This document shows positions 17,101 through 26,028 of a stretch of 61,465 nt of DNA, one piece after another. The stretch's first letter is position 1. Each line of letters begins with the position of its first letter. The position numbers and the translations under genes are program-made. The notes under the pieces are model-generated. The model had not been told where the DNA came from. It made no database searches and saw only the letters and a list, made by a program, of their open reading frames with translations. The stretch lies in IMG/VR virus record IMGVR_UViG_3300019889_000016, positions 1 to 61,465 of that record; one strand, written 5' to 3'. This DNA comes from a virus. Lineage: Duplodnaviria > Caudoviricetes.

Positions 17101-17498
17101 GGCCGTGTGATGTCGTCGGGCCGCGGCCGGTGCATCGGAGTGCCGTCCCACCACCACTCAACGATCCCGGCCAGGATCAGGCGGTGCCACGCGGTCCCGT
17201 AGTCGCCGACCAGAGCGCGGGGGATGACCAGACCCAACGCCTCACCGTCGGCGCGGCGCATCGTCTCCACGCCGTCGTTGTGGCCGCCGCACAACGTCAG
17301 CAGGTTGCGCATCACGTACAGGCCGCCCTGCCCCTCCTTGTGGAGATGGTGGGGCGTGAACGGCACACCGATGCACCGACCCAACAGCGACCCGGCGAGC
17401 CGGCACCGGCCGTCGCGCTCGAACACCGCGGTCCGGGTGGCGACCTCGGCCGGCGTGCGGCGCGCCCGGCCGCTGCGGAGACCGCGGCTACGTTGCAT
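17097..17498 (-). CDS. HNH-like endonuclease
   Basis: VFERDGRC, HHLHKEGQGG, NLLTLCGGHN. Confidence 0.7.
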   Translation of the reverse strand: MQRSRGLRSGRARRTPAEVATRTAVFERDGRCRLAGSLLGRCIGVPFTPHHLHKEGQGGLYVMRNLLTLCGGHNDGVETMRRADGEALGLVIPRALVGDYGTAWHRLILAGIVEWWWDGTPMHRPRPDDITRP

Positions 17499-17658
17499 CG
17501 GTCAGCACCTCCCACGTGACCACGTTGCCCAGCGACAGCCGCTCGGTGTACCCGTTGGCCTGGGACAGCACCAGCTCGTGGCCGTGGCGGTCCCACCTGA
17601 TCCGGTGGGCGTGGTAGCGCTGGTCGATCCCGCCCGCGTAGATGACGTCCAAGATCAC
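17488..17658 (-). CDS. small hypothetical protein
   Basis: Hand-translated VILDVIYAGGIDQRYH...EVLTDAT*; GGAGG RBS. Confidence 0.5.
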   Translation of the reverse strand: MILDVIYAGGIDQRYHAHRIRWDRHGHELVLSQANGYTERLSLGNVVTWEVLTDAT

Positions 17659-17897
17659 GACCCACCTCCGACCGCGGCCCGCCGCTGTCTGGGCGACTTG
17701 CCCCGTAGGGGGATGGGAGCGGCGCTGGTTGGGTCGGCGCCCGACCCGACGTCGGGCAACGCCGACGGGTCGAACCCGACGACGTCAGGGGTGTCGGCGG
17801 TGCGGTGCCAGTCGCGGCGGCGCTTCTTGCCCTTGCCGTGCTGGGTGCCGGACGTGCCGTTGCGGTCCCACCGGATGTTGCGGTTCTTGCGGGCCAT
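17655..17897 (-). CDS. small basic hypothetical protein
   Basis: MARKNRNIRWDR...; GAGGAGG RBS. Confidence 0.5.
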   Translation of the reverse strand: MARKNRNIRWDRNGTSGTQHGKGKKRRRDWHRTADTPDVVGFDPSALPDVGSGADPTSAAPIPLRGKSPRQRRAAVGGGS

Positions 17898-17899
17898 GA

Positions 17900-18610
17900 T
17901 CAGGCCTCCTCGGGTCGTCGGAGTCGCAGGATGGTCTCGAACTCGGCGCGGGCCGCGGTCGCTTCGGTGCCGTGGCCGTTCAGGCGGTCGGTGGCGATCC
18001 GGTTGTCGCGGCCGGCGTGCACGAACCCGGCGCCCATCGCCGCGCCCCGGTGCCACTCGGTCGCCGGGATCAGCGCTTTCGCCTTGTAGAAGTCGGAGAC
18101 GTTCAGCAGCAGCAGGCCACCCGGTCGGAGCACGGCCAGCATCAGCCGGTAGGCGGCGGCGTGGAACGCCCAGTAGCGGGGACCCCACGGGATGTTCGCG
18201 CTGGTGCCCGATGTGAGTGGGCGCCCCAAGTCGTGTGTGTAGCTCCGGCGTGTGGACTCGTCCTTGGCCACGTGGTTGTCGGCGAACCGGTTCCCGTAGG
18301 TCGGGCTGGTCGCGATGGCGTCGGCCAGATCGGCGTTGCGGACCATGCGCGGTACCCACTCGAACATGTCGCCGCAGTAGGTGCGCTTGTGTAGGGCGGC
18401 CCACTCGGGCTCGATCTCGATGCCAGCGGTGCGGATGCGACGGGACGTCAGCTGGTGGACGCGCCCGACTCCGGCGAAGGGGTCGAGCACGTACAGCGGG
18501 CCGTCGTGCACCCGGCCGATGACCCGGCGGGCTTCGGCCGTGAGCAGCACCCGCATCCGGTCCAGGATGGGATCGGAGAACTTGGCGGGGTGCAGGGGTG
18601 CGGACGTCAC
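17900..18610 (-). CDS. amino (N4-C/N6-A) DNA methyltransferase-like protein
   Basis: HPAKF, motif I VLDPFAGVG, GIEIE, motif IV variant TSPTY, VLRPGG. Confidence 0.8.
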   Translation of the reverse strand: MTSAPLHPAKFSDPILDRMRVLLTAEARRVIGRVHDGPLYVLDPFAGVGRVHQLTSRRIRTAGIEIEPEWAALHKRTYCGDMFEWVPRMVRNADLADAIATSPTYGNRFADNHVAKDESTRRSYTHDLGRPLTSGTSANIPWGPRYWAFHAAAYRLMLAVLRPGGLLLLNVSDFYKAKALIPATEWHRGAAMGAGFVHAGRDNRIATDRLNGHGTEATAARAEFETILRLRRPEEA

Positions 18611-19116
18611 CGGAGTGAAGCCAGGGCGTCGGTCGCCCACGCCGTGGCGGCGTCGGGCTCGTCACGCCACCAATCGAGGACCGCCTGGGACAGCTCGGCG
18701 AACACGCCCGGCATGTCGGGGGTGCGGCGCGGCAGCGGGGGCCGACGTGACGGGCCGGGATCGGCCGGCAGCGGGGCGGCAGGGACGGGGTCGGCGAGTG
18801 ACGCGGTGCGCATGCGTTGGGCGGCAACGAACCCGGGCTCGGGGACGTCGACGTCGGCGTCCATCATGAACAGCACGTGGCGGCGGCCGATCACCTCGCG
18901 GATCGCGTAGCCATCCCCCTCCAGGGCGATCATGCTGCGCATGACGTGTTCCTGGGTGGTGCGGAACCCGGCGTCGCGCAGCGCCTTGTGGATGGTGGCG
19001 GTGACGTTGGCGGTCTGGAACCCGCCGTGCTGCTTCGTGATCCACGCCACGGCGATGTCACGGTGCTTGCGCTGAGTCGTCGTCTTGGGTGGGAACGTCA
19101 GCGGTCGAGTGGCCAT
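18607..19116 (-). CDS. hypothetical protein (possible winged helix)
   Basis: AGGAGG RBS; first gene after the promoter at 19152. Confidence 0.6.
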   Translation of the reverse strand: MATRPLTFPPKTTTQRKHRDIAVAWITKQHGGFQTANVTATIHKALRDAGFRTTQEHVMRSMIALEGDGYAIREVIGRRHVLFMMDADVDVPEPGFVAAQRMRTASLADPVPAAPLPADPGPSRRPPLPRRTPDMPGVFAELSQAVLDWWRDEPDAATAWATDALASLR

Positions 19117-19151
19117 GTCGGCCTCCTGGTCGGGGTGTAGGTGATGCCGGG

Positions 19152-19191
19152 ACGTTACCGCGCTACAGGTCGGGTTGCAAGCGCGGTAACG
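19152..19191 (-). promoter_or_regulatory. promoter plus operators
   Basis: CGTTACCGCGC-TTGCAA-N17-TAACGT. Confidence 0.75.
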
Positions 19192-19203
19192 CCGGGTGTT
19201 CGT

Positions 19204-19437
19204 TCACGGGCCACCCGCAGTAGGAACAGATGCGCCCCAGCTCGGGTCGGGTGGCGTCCAGCCAGCTGATGGACGCCGTGCAAGCGCCCACCGGCCGCCG
19301 GGGGCGACCCGAGCCGCCCACGTCGCCGGGTCCTGCACCTGGCCGTCCTCCAACGGCGGTAGCGGCAGCGGATGCCACAGCAGACCCGGCACCCCGTCCG
19401 GCACCACCAGCACCCCGTCGCGGTCGTCGAGCGGCAC
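19204..19437 (-). CDS. hypothetical protein
   Basis: GTG overlaps the upstream TAG; fills the gap. Confidence 0.35.
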   Translation of the reverse strand: MPLDDRDGVLVVPDGVPGLLWHPLPLPPLEDGQVQDPATWAARVAPGGRWALARRPSAGWTPPDPSWGASVPTAGGP

Positions 19438-19970
19438 TAGAACGCCCCGAGGCGGCCATCGTGCTCCCCGATCATCCGAGCCGTCTCCGCTACCGCCCGC
19501 TCCAGCGTCGTGTCCGACACCAGCGCCAGCTGCGTGCTCTCTCCGGGCGCTTTCCGGCGACCTCGGTGGGTGCGGTGGTGGGCGCGGTGCGCCACCGGCG
19601 GCAGGCAGCCCTGCGGGCACGGTCGCACCCACCAGCTGCCGGCGTCGTCGGTGCGACCGTGCCCGCAGTCCAGGCACGTCAGGCAGGCGACCGTGCCTCT
19701 GCCGTCCGGGGACGCCGCCGCGGCCTGGTGTCGGCCCTGCGATGCCTGGATCACCCGTGCCCGCATGTCCGCGATCGTCGGGAAGAACTTCACGCTGGGG
19801 TCGGCCAGTAGGCCGGCGACGGCCTGGTCCAGGTCGTCGGGGAGCACCGCCGACAGCTGGGAGTTCCACATGTCGAAGACGGCGTAGACGGCGTCCTGAT
19901 CCTCGAACGCCCGGTTGTAGTTGAGGGCCAGCTTCGCGATCACACCCGCCAGATGGTCGGCCGCGATCAC
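19437..19970 (-). CDS. helicase loader/inhibitor-like protein (SPP1 G39P-like) with Zn finger
   Basis: W..QL..., AV......KFFPTIADMR pattern, CLTC...CPQGC, located downstream of the initiator. Confidence 0.6.
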   Translation of the reverse strand: MIAADHLAGVIAKLALNYNRAFEDQDAVYAVFDMWNSQLSAVLPDDLDQAVAGLLADPSVKFFPTIADMRARVIQASQGRHQAAAASPDGRGTVACLTCLDCGHGRTDDAGSWWVRPCPQGCLPPVAHRAHHRTHRGRRKAPGESTQLALVSDTTLERAVAETARMIGEHDGRLGAF

Positions 19971-20383
19971 GCGGCCCGGGCTTCTGCCAGGATCTCTGCC
20001 ACAGTCGCGCCGGCATCGGGATTCTCATCGACCCACTCCTGGATCAACCCCTCCAGCGAGGCCACGTCGGCGTCGATGCGCTGGAGCTGCGGGCGCACGA
20101 AGTCCTCGATCAGCTCCAGCCGGTTGAGGCGGACCACGTAGGCGTAGACCGCTGAGCCGTCGGCGGTGCGGCCCACGTGGCGCATGCCCTCGGTGCGGCA
20201 GATCCCCACGAACAGCGATCGGAGCCAGCTTCGGCGGGCCTGGTCCTGGAAGCGGACGGGCAGGTCTGGGAGCGCTGCGTCGGTGACCTGGTCGACGGGG
20301 ACGCGGTCGAGTCGGGCGTATTCAGGGCGGGCGGCCAGCCAGCGGCGCCCCCAGTCGTCGGCGGTCTCTCGGGTGGTCATCAT
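19967..20383 (-). CDS. hypothetical protein
   Basis: MMTTRETADDWGRRW...; coupled. Confidence 0.55.
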   Translation of the reverse strand: MMTTRETADDWGRRWLAARPEYARLDRVPVDQVTDAALPDLPVRFQDQARRSWLRSLFVGICRTEGMRHVGRTADGSAVYAYVVRLNRLELIEDFVRPQLQRIDADVASLEGLIQEWVDENPDAGATVAEILAEARAA

Positions 20384-21141
20384 CGGGTCCCTTCGGTCAG
20401 AACGGTGCGGGCTTCGGTGAGCGCGGCGATCGCCTGGTCGATGTCGACCAGGACGGATTCGGCTACTCGCGGGGCCTGGTTGGCGGGGAGGTTGGCGTGG
20501 CCCCCTGGGTAGATACCGAACCGCATCGCGGCGATGGGCTGCTCCGAGGTGCGGGCCAGCTTCCGGGCAGCGACGACCCAGCGATCGGCTTCGGCCCACT
20601 GGCCGGCGGTGGACGGTGGAGCCGGCGGGTCGACCTTTCGAAGCACGTTCGCCCGCGACACCGTGTTCGACCGGCCCTCGATGGCGTCGCGCTCGGCCCC
20701 CTCGACGGCCGCGTCGAACGTCTCCTCATCGGCCTCCGCGAGCTTGCCGTACGCCGCTGCCTGGTCGTAGCTGATCCCATGATCGGCCAGGGTCGGCGGC
20801 GGCGCATCGGAAACCCCTCGGTCTGCACTAGGGGTTTCTGGCACGGCCCGAAGCCTCGGGCGTCCGCCCTTGTTCTTGCCTCTCTCGGCGAGGAGTTGCC
20901 CGATGCGCCGTTCGGCCCGGACGCGCATCGCCCCAGCGGCCGCGACCATCTCGGCGTTCAGGTCACGGGCACGGGTCGCGTGCTCCAACGTCGAGATCGC
21001 GGCCAGGATGTGGCGGGCCTCATCCAGGTCGCTGGTCTCGCGGACCGCCACCGCAGCCTGTCCGAGGAAGGCGAGCACCACGCCCACGGGGTCGTCGTGG
21101 GCATCGAGCGCACCGGCGCTCACCGGTACCAGATCCGTCAT
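20380..21141 (-). CDS. conserved phage hypothetical protein
   Basis: RVRAERRIGQLL...GGRP...PTLADHGISYDQ...KLA, a pattern often found N-terminal to phage methylases. Confidence 0.65.
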   Translation of the reverse strand: MTDLVPVSAGALDAHDDPVGVVLAFLGQAAVAVRETSDLDEARHILAAISTLEHATRARDLNAEMVAAAGAMRVRAERRIGQLLAERGKNKGGRPRLRAVPETPSADRGVSDAPPPTLADHGISYDQAAAYGKLAEADEETFDAAVEGAERDAIEGRSNTVSRANVLRKVDPPAPPSTAGQWAEADRWVVAARKLARTSEQPIAAMRFGIYPGGHANLPANQAPRVAESVLVDIDQAIAALTEARTVLTEGTR

Positions 21142-22094
21142 CGGGGTGCCTCCAGGGCATTCGTCGGGGATGTACGCGCTGACGTTACCGCGATACCACG
21201 CAGGTGGCCCATCGTCCGTCCCATCGCCGTCCGCGGAGCCTCCACCGCCGCCACCCGCCGGTCGGGCAACGCGTCGTCACCCCAGCACTCCCCGTTCAGC
21301 CACGTGGCCGGATGCTTCGTGTAGGCGTCCTCCCGGTTCGGGTCCGCCGCGTAGGCCATCGCGCCCCGAACCATCACCTCCGGAGGAACATGCCGACGCC
21401 GCGCCGCCGCCCACGCCTTCCGCGCCTGCCCCTTCCCGGCCTTCCGCGGGTAGACGTCCCAGAACGCCACGAACGCGAGGTCCCGATCACTTCCCAGAAC
21501 GGGGCCGTCTGCGCGCTGGGTGCCGAGGGATTGGCGGATGGCCATCGGAGACGCAGCAGCAGGTGGCACGTCAGGGCCGGGAAGTGGCGCAGGCCGAACT
21601 GGATCGTTGCCCAGATCCAACCGGCCAGCCGGCGCGGCTCGCCCATCGTTTTCTCGTTCCTCATGGCTCTCCTTCACCTGGCTTTCCTTAGGCGCGTTGT
21701 CCAGCGTGGAGGGTCCGCGCTGGACAACGGGGACCCCTCCCCCCTGGCTGGCGTGGACCCCGCGTTGTGGAACGCGCTCCTCGGGCTGTCGGGGGATCAT
21801 CAGCACCCGGTAGCCGTTGGAGTCTGGGGAGCCATCCGGGCGCAGTCGGGCGACGCGTTCCACCCAGCCGGCGGTTTCCAGTTCGCTGATCCACGTGGCG
21901 ATGGAGCGCTTCGACCGACCGATCAGGCCGCCGATGCGGGCGTGGGAGGGGTAGCAATTCTCCGGATCGGAGCCGTGGCGAACTAGGACGCCGTAGACGC
22001 GGACAGCGTCCGGGCTGATGGCGTCGTCGTACAGCAACGTTTCCGGGATCATCGCGAACCGGTGCTCGACTTCGACGTGGGCCGGAGCGTTCAT
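21138..22094 (-). CDS. replication initiator (N-terminal winged HTH)
   Basis: CYPSHARIG...ELETAGWV N-domain and FWDVYPRK.GK..A.KAW...KHPATWLN..W.D C-domain. Confidence 0.8.
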   Translation of the reverse strand: MNAPAHVEVEHRFAMIPETLLYDDAISPDAVRVYGVLVRHGSDPENCYPSHARIGGLIGRSKRSIATWISELETAGWVERVARLRPDGSPDSNGYRVLMIPRQPEERVPQRGVHASQGGGVPVVQRGPSTLDNAPKESQVKESHEERENDGRAAPAGRLDLGNDPVRPAPLPGPDVPPAAASPMAIRQSLGTQRADGPVLGSDRDLAFVAFWDVYPRKAGKGQARKAWAAARRRHVPPEVMVRGAMAYAADPNREDAYTKHPATWLNGECWGDDALPDRRVAAVEAPRTAMGRTMGHLRGIAVTSARTSPTNALEAPR

Positions 22095-22257
22095 GCGGTG
22101 GCCGCCGTTGTGGTGACCGCGCTACGGTGTCCCTTGTTGGGCATGGAGTCGTACCTCCTGTCTGGACGGGTCGGCCGTGGGGGTCGGCCCGTCTCGCGTG
22201 GTGGCGGGTGTCGGACCCCGCCGTGTGGCTGGGCACACTACGCCGTCCCGACGGGGG

Positions 22258-22288
22258 TTGCACACACCACCCCGAACCGCGGTAACGT
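22258..22288 (+). promoter_or_regulatory. divergent promoter with operator
   Basis: TTGCAC-N19-TAACGT containing GAACCGCGGTAACG, upstream of the gam-like gene; the spacer is long. Confidence 0.55.
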
Positions 22289-22325
22289 GTGGCGGTACAC
22301 CCCACGTGAGCAGGAGGAATGCCCC

Positions 22326-22985
22326 GTGCCCGACACCCGGGAATTGACCGCCGACGAACAACTCGACGAGTGGCTGGAGTCGTCGCTGGATGAGATCGGC
22401 GATGAGCCCGCCGACCAGGAACAGGCCGACCGGCTGCTGTGGGCGTTGCGTGGCGTCCGCCGTCGCCGGGCCGAGGTGACCGACGTCGGGAAGGCCCGCG
22501 TGCAGATGATCAGCGTGTGGGCCGGTCAGCAGACCGACCAGCTCGATGCCCGGGCGGCGCACCTGGAGCGGCTGCTGGAAGGGTGGACCCGCGCCGAACA
22601 TGACCGGTCGGGCCGCAAGTCGTGGCCGCTGCCGGCGGGCCAGCTCAAGCTCCAGGCGCGGCGGACGCGATCCGAAGTCGACGCCCGCATGGAAGCGGCG
22701 GACGCGGCCCACCACGTCGGGGCGTTGGTCGGCACGGGGATGCTGCCGTCGGACGCGGTCAAAGTCGAGCGCACCGTGCGCGCCGGCACCGTGAAGGACA
22801 ACACGGTGCCGGGGGACGTGATCCCCGACTACCCGAACACGCCGGAGGGCTACGAGGCCCGGACCGCGGTGGGCACGTTCGATTTCGGAGGCGCGGAGCC
22901 GGTCGTCCGGGTGGTGCCCGGCGTGGTGCTGCTCGTGCCGAAGCCCGGCCGTGAAGGCCAGACGTTCGCGGCGGTGACGTCGTGA
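22326..22985 (+). CDS. Mu Gam-like host-nuclease inhibitor
   Basis: ADRLLW.L, coiled coil, KSWPLPAGQLKLQAR; AGGAGG RBS before the GTG at 22326. Confidence 0.75.
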   Translation: MPDTRELTADEQLDEWLESSLDEIGDEPADQEQADRLLWALRGVRRRRAEVTDVGKARVQMISVWAGQQTDQLDARAAHLERLLEGWTRAEHDRSGRKSWPLPAGQLKLQARRTRSEVDARMEAADAAHHVGALVGTGMLPSDAVKVERTVRAGTVKDNTVPGDVIPDYPNTPEGYEARTAVGTFDFGGAEPVVRVVPGVVLLVPKPGREGQTFAAVTS

Positions 22986-23338
22986 GCGCCGACGACACCG
23001 TGGTCAACGTCCCGGCATCTGCCACCGAGCAGGCACCGCTGCCCCCGACGAAGCACCTGCACCCGGCTGGCACGATCGGGCAGCTGCAAGAGGCGTTCTT
23101 TGGCCCGGCGTCTACCCGGCAGCGGGAGCGGGCCGAGAAGCTGGCCGACATCGCCGTGACCGATGCCGCCGAACGTTCGCGGCACCTAGCGCAGCTCGGT
23201 CACGAGGAACTCAAGCAGGCCAGAGCCCGCACGCTCGAACGGCGGGCCACGGCGTGGCTGATCATCCTGATCGGCGCCGAGCTGCTGTGCCTGGTGCCGC
23301 TGCTGGTGTGGGGCCTGTTCACCGGGGAGGTGTGGTGA
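22982..23338 (+). CDS. membrane protein
   Basis: C-terminal hydrophobic segment; coupled at both ends. Confidence 0.55.
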   Translation: MSADDTVVNVPASATEQAPLPPTKHLHPAGTIGQLQEAFFGPASTRQRERAEKLADIAVTDAAERSRHLAQLGHEELKQARARTLERRATAWLIILIGAELLCLVPLLVWGLFTGEVW

Positions 23339-24810
23339 TGACCGACACCGGAGTCGTCTCCGGCGAGCTGGTGAACCGCGAGCCCGGCACCGACGTCGCC
23401 GTCCCCGACCAGCAGGTGATGCCATCGGCGATCGAACGGGCCGCCGAGGCCGCGCTGGCCATGCCCGGCGTCCCCGGCCGCGACGAGTTCCTGGGCCTCG
23501 CCATGCAGGCCCGCGTCCTGTCGCTGTCCGGGGCCGCACCCGAGGCGGTGCGCAACAACCCGCACGTGGCGTTCCACGTCGCGATGGTCGGCCGCGACCT
23601 GGGCATCTCGCCGTCGGCGGCGCTGCAGCTGATCGACGTCATCAAGACGAAGGGCGGGTACCAGCTGTCGCTGTCGCCGCAGCTGCTCAACGCCCAGATC
23701 CGTCGCCTCGGACTGGGGGCGATCCGTCCCGTGGTCCAGGAACGAAACCGGTGCATCGCCGAGGCCGTCGGCCCCGACGGGACCGTGCTCGGCCAGACCG
23801 AGTTCACGTGGGACGACGCCCGCGACGCCGGGCTGGTCGGCAAGGCGTGCGAGCCCGGCGACCACGTCATCAGCCGGGACGGCAAGTGCGGCTGCAACCA
23901 GGGTTACCGGACGTACCCGCGGCGCATGATGTGGTGGCGGGCGTCGGGATTCGCGGCGAACGACTGGTTCCCGGAGGCCGGCCTGGGCCTGTACTCGCCG
24001 GAGGAGTTGGGCGCCGTTGTCGACGACAACGGGCGGCCCGTCGACCCGTCGACCGTCGCGCTCCCCGAGGGCTACACCGACCCCAAGGAACAGCAGGCCG
24101 CCGCTCAGGCGGACGCCGACCGGCCCGCGGACGACGACAAGCTGTGGGACCTGCAGGTGTTGATCGCCGCGCTCCCCGAGGCGCTGCGCGGCGAACTCAA
24201 GGAGGCGTGGACCGCGGAGGAGTCCCGGGTCCGGAACTTCACGATCCGGGACTTGCCCCAACGGCTGATGGGCACGGCGCGGGCGATGGTCAACGCCAAG
24301 TGGGCCGCGGCCACCAAGGCCGGCGTCGACCAGGTCCAAGAGCTGGACGCGCTGCGGCTGGCGTTCGTCGACGGCGTCACCGCGGCGCTGCGGCTGACGT
24401 TCACCGGCACCACGTCGATGGCCAGCGACCCCGCATCGGCCGCCGTGGACGCCGTGGAGACGCCCGACCCGGCCCCGGCACCCGAAACCCCCGAACCGGC
24501 ACCCGAGGCCACCACGGACGACGTGGCGCCCGAATCCGACAACGTGGACTGGCTCCCAGCCATGCGGTCCATGTCGGACAACGTGCGGGCGTTGCTCGCC
24601 GCGACCCCCGAGGCGGTCGCGCAGCGCATCGTCAAGGACGTCGCCGACCTGCACCACACGAAGATCAACACCGAGATCGCCGAGGCCGGCGAAGGGCAGC
24701 ACTACCCGCCGACCGCGCCGATCGACCTGCGGCGCATGGTCGTCACCGCCATCCGGTTGGACGCGTTCGCCGCGGCCGGCGTCGTGCCCGGCGGGGCACC
24801 ATCGGAATGA
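23338..24810 (+). CDS. RecT-like ssDNA-annealing recombinase
   Basis: G.DLGISP..AL..I, FTWDDARDAGL, Y.TYPRRMMWWRA...FPE...GLYSPEELG. Confidence 0.75.
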   Translation: MTDTGVVSGELVNREPGTDVAVPDQQVMPSAIERAAEAALAMPGVPGRDEFLGLAMQARVLSLSGAAPEAVRNNPHVAFHVAMVGRDLGISPSAALQLIDVIKTKGGYQLSLSPQLLNAQIRRLGLGAIRPVVQERNRCIAEAVGPDGTVLGQTEFTWDDARDAGLVGKACEPGDHVISRDGKCGCNQGYRTYPRRMMWWRASGFAANDWFPEAGLGLYSPEELGAVVDDNGRPVDPSTVALPEGYTDPKEQQAAAQADADRPADDDKLWDLQVLIAALPEALRGELKEAWTAEESRVRNFTIRDLPQRLMGTARAMVNAKWAAATKAGVDQVQELDALRLAFVDGVTAALRLTFTGTTSMASDPASAAVDAVETPDPAPAPETPEPAPEATTDDVAPESDNVDWLPAMRSMSDNVRALLAATPEAVAQRIVKDVADLHHTKINTEIAEAGEGQHYPPTAPIDLRRMVVTAIRLDAFAAAGVVPGGAPSE

Positions 24811-25145
24811 GCGGGCCGCCACCGGACGGGATGTTCGACGACCAGCTGTTCCCGCACCTGGTCGACGCCGTGAAGGCCCGCCTGCTCGTCGTCGAGCCGA
24901 CCCGGGAGTGGTACTGCCGGGTCCGGCCCGGCGACGCCGCGGCGACCCCGGCGGACATCTCCGGTGGCGGCCCGCTCCGCGAGTACGAGGTGTTCACGTG
25001 GTGCATGGTCGACGGCGGCACCTATGGGTTCACGTTCGCTCTACCAGAGGCCGCCACGCTCCACGACATCGACCCCGGGTGGGTCGAATCCATCGCCCAC
25101 CAGACCACCGTCAAGATGCTCGCGCTGGTGGCCCGCCTCAACTGA
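24807..25145 (+). CDS. hypothetical protein
   Basis: ATGA overlap; ends just before the terminator. Confidence 0.55.
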   Translation: MSGPPPDGMFDDQLFPHLVDAVKARLLVVEPTREWYCRVRPGDAAATPADISGGGPLREYEVFTWCMVDGGTYGFTFALPEAATLHDIDPGWVESIAHQTTVKMLALVARLN

Positions 25146-25154
25146 CCCGGACGC

Positions 25155-25192
25155 GACACGGCCGCCTCACCCCGACGGTAGGCGGCCGTGTC
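25155..25192. terminator. hairpin terminator between convergent operons
   Basis: 13-bp stem GACACGGCCGCCT / AGGCGGCCGTGTC between the + recombination genes and the - lysis genes. Confidence 0.7.
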
Positions 25193-25234
25193 ATCACCCG
25201 ACGGGTCACCCCCACATGGGCACCCGAGTCAGGA

Positions 25235-25576
25235 TCATACCCCGAGGCCGTCGCCCAGGGCCGGCTCCGCGGTCGACGTCGAGTTGTCGACCGCCGTGAC
25301 CGCCTTGTGGGCGAACCCGCCGACGGCGCCGATGGTGGTGGACACGAGCAGCAGTGACGCGACGTCGAGATCACCCAGCGGGGAGTCGATGCCGGGGAAC
25401 ACGATCCCGGCCGTGGCGTCCGCCTGGGCGCCGATCAGCAGGACACCGAACGCGGCCACCCACGGGATCACCGTGGTCAACGCGCGCTTGGGCTCGCCAC
25501 CGGTCAGGAACTTGAGCAGGGACGTGATCTGCGATGCCAGCGCCGCGAGTGCTGCCACCGTCGCGATGTCCTCCAT
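25235..25576 (-). CDS. probable holin
   Basis: Three hydrophobic segments, located in the lysis cassette, GGAGG RBS. Confidence 0.6.
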   Translation of the reverse strand: MEDIATVAALAALASQITSLLKFLTGGEPKRALTTVIPWVAAFGVLLIGAQADATAGIVFPGIDSPLGDLDVASLLLVSTTIGAVGGFAHKAVTAVDNSTSTAEPALGDGLGV

Positions 25577-25621
25577 GGAACCTCCCAGGTCGTAGTGGTC
25601 ACCACGGAGCGTAGACCCGGG

Positions 25622-25891
25622 TCAGGTCGGGTCGCGATCCGCGTCTCGCGGGTGGCGCGCCCGGGCCTCGTCGCGCTGAGCCGTCACCGCGTCGAGCCGG
25701 TCCACCAGGTCGTGGTGGTTGCCGTTGACCAGATCCTTCACAGCCGCCACCTCGCCACGGGTCGCCAGCGCCGCCTCCCGCACCACGCGTAGCTCGCCGA
25801 ACATCTTCATCATCCCGGCCACGGCGGCGACCAGACCGGTGATGGCGGTGATGACCGCGGCGATGGCAAGGAGCTGACCGGCGGTGGGCAC
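25622..25891 (-). CDS. membrane protein (holin-like or lysis accessory)
   Basis: N-terminal TM segment plus charged coiled coil. Confidence 0.55.
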   Translation of the reverse strand: MPTAGQLLAIAAVITAITGLVAAVAGMMKMFGELRVVREAALATRGEVAAVKDLVNGNHHDLVDRLDAVTAQRDEARARHPRDADRDPT

Positions 25892-26028
25892 GAACCCGAG
25901 CGTACGCGCACCGGCCCCCACTCCAGAGGGAGCCAGGGGCCGGTGCTTCGCATGGGTTGTAGAGGTGGCGCCCGCTATCGCGCCCGGTGAATGGATGGAC
26001 GCTGGGGCGTCGCGTGCTGCCGACCCTA

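Noticed and set aside
16207-17498. HNH genes as intron- or intein-borne mobile elements
   Set aside because: They are free-standing, coupled ORFs, with no interrupted host gene or splicing motifs seen.
23200-24822. 540-aa minus-strand ORF
   Set aside because: It is the shadow of the plus-strand RecT-like gene.
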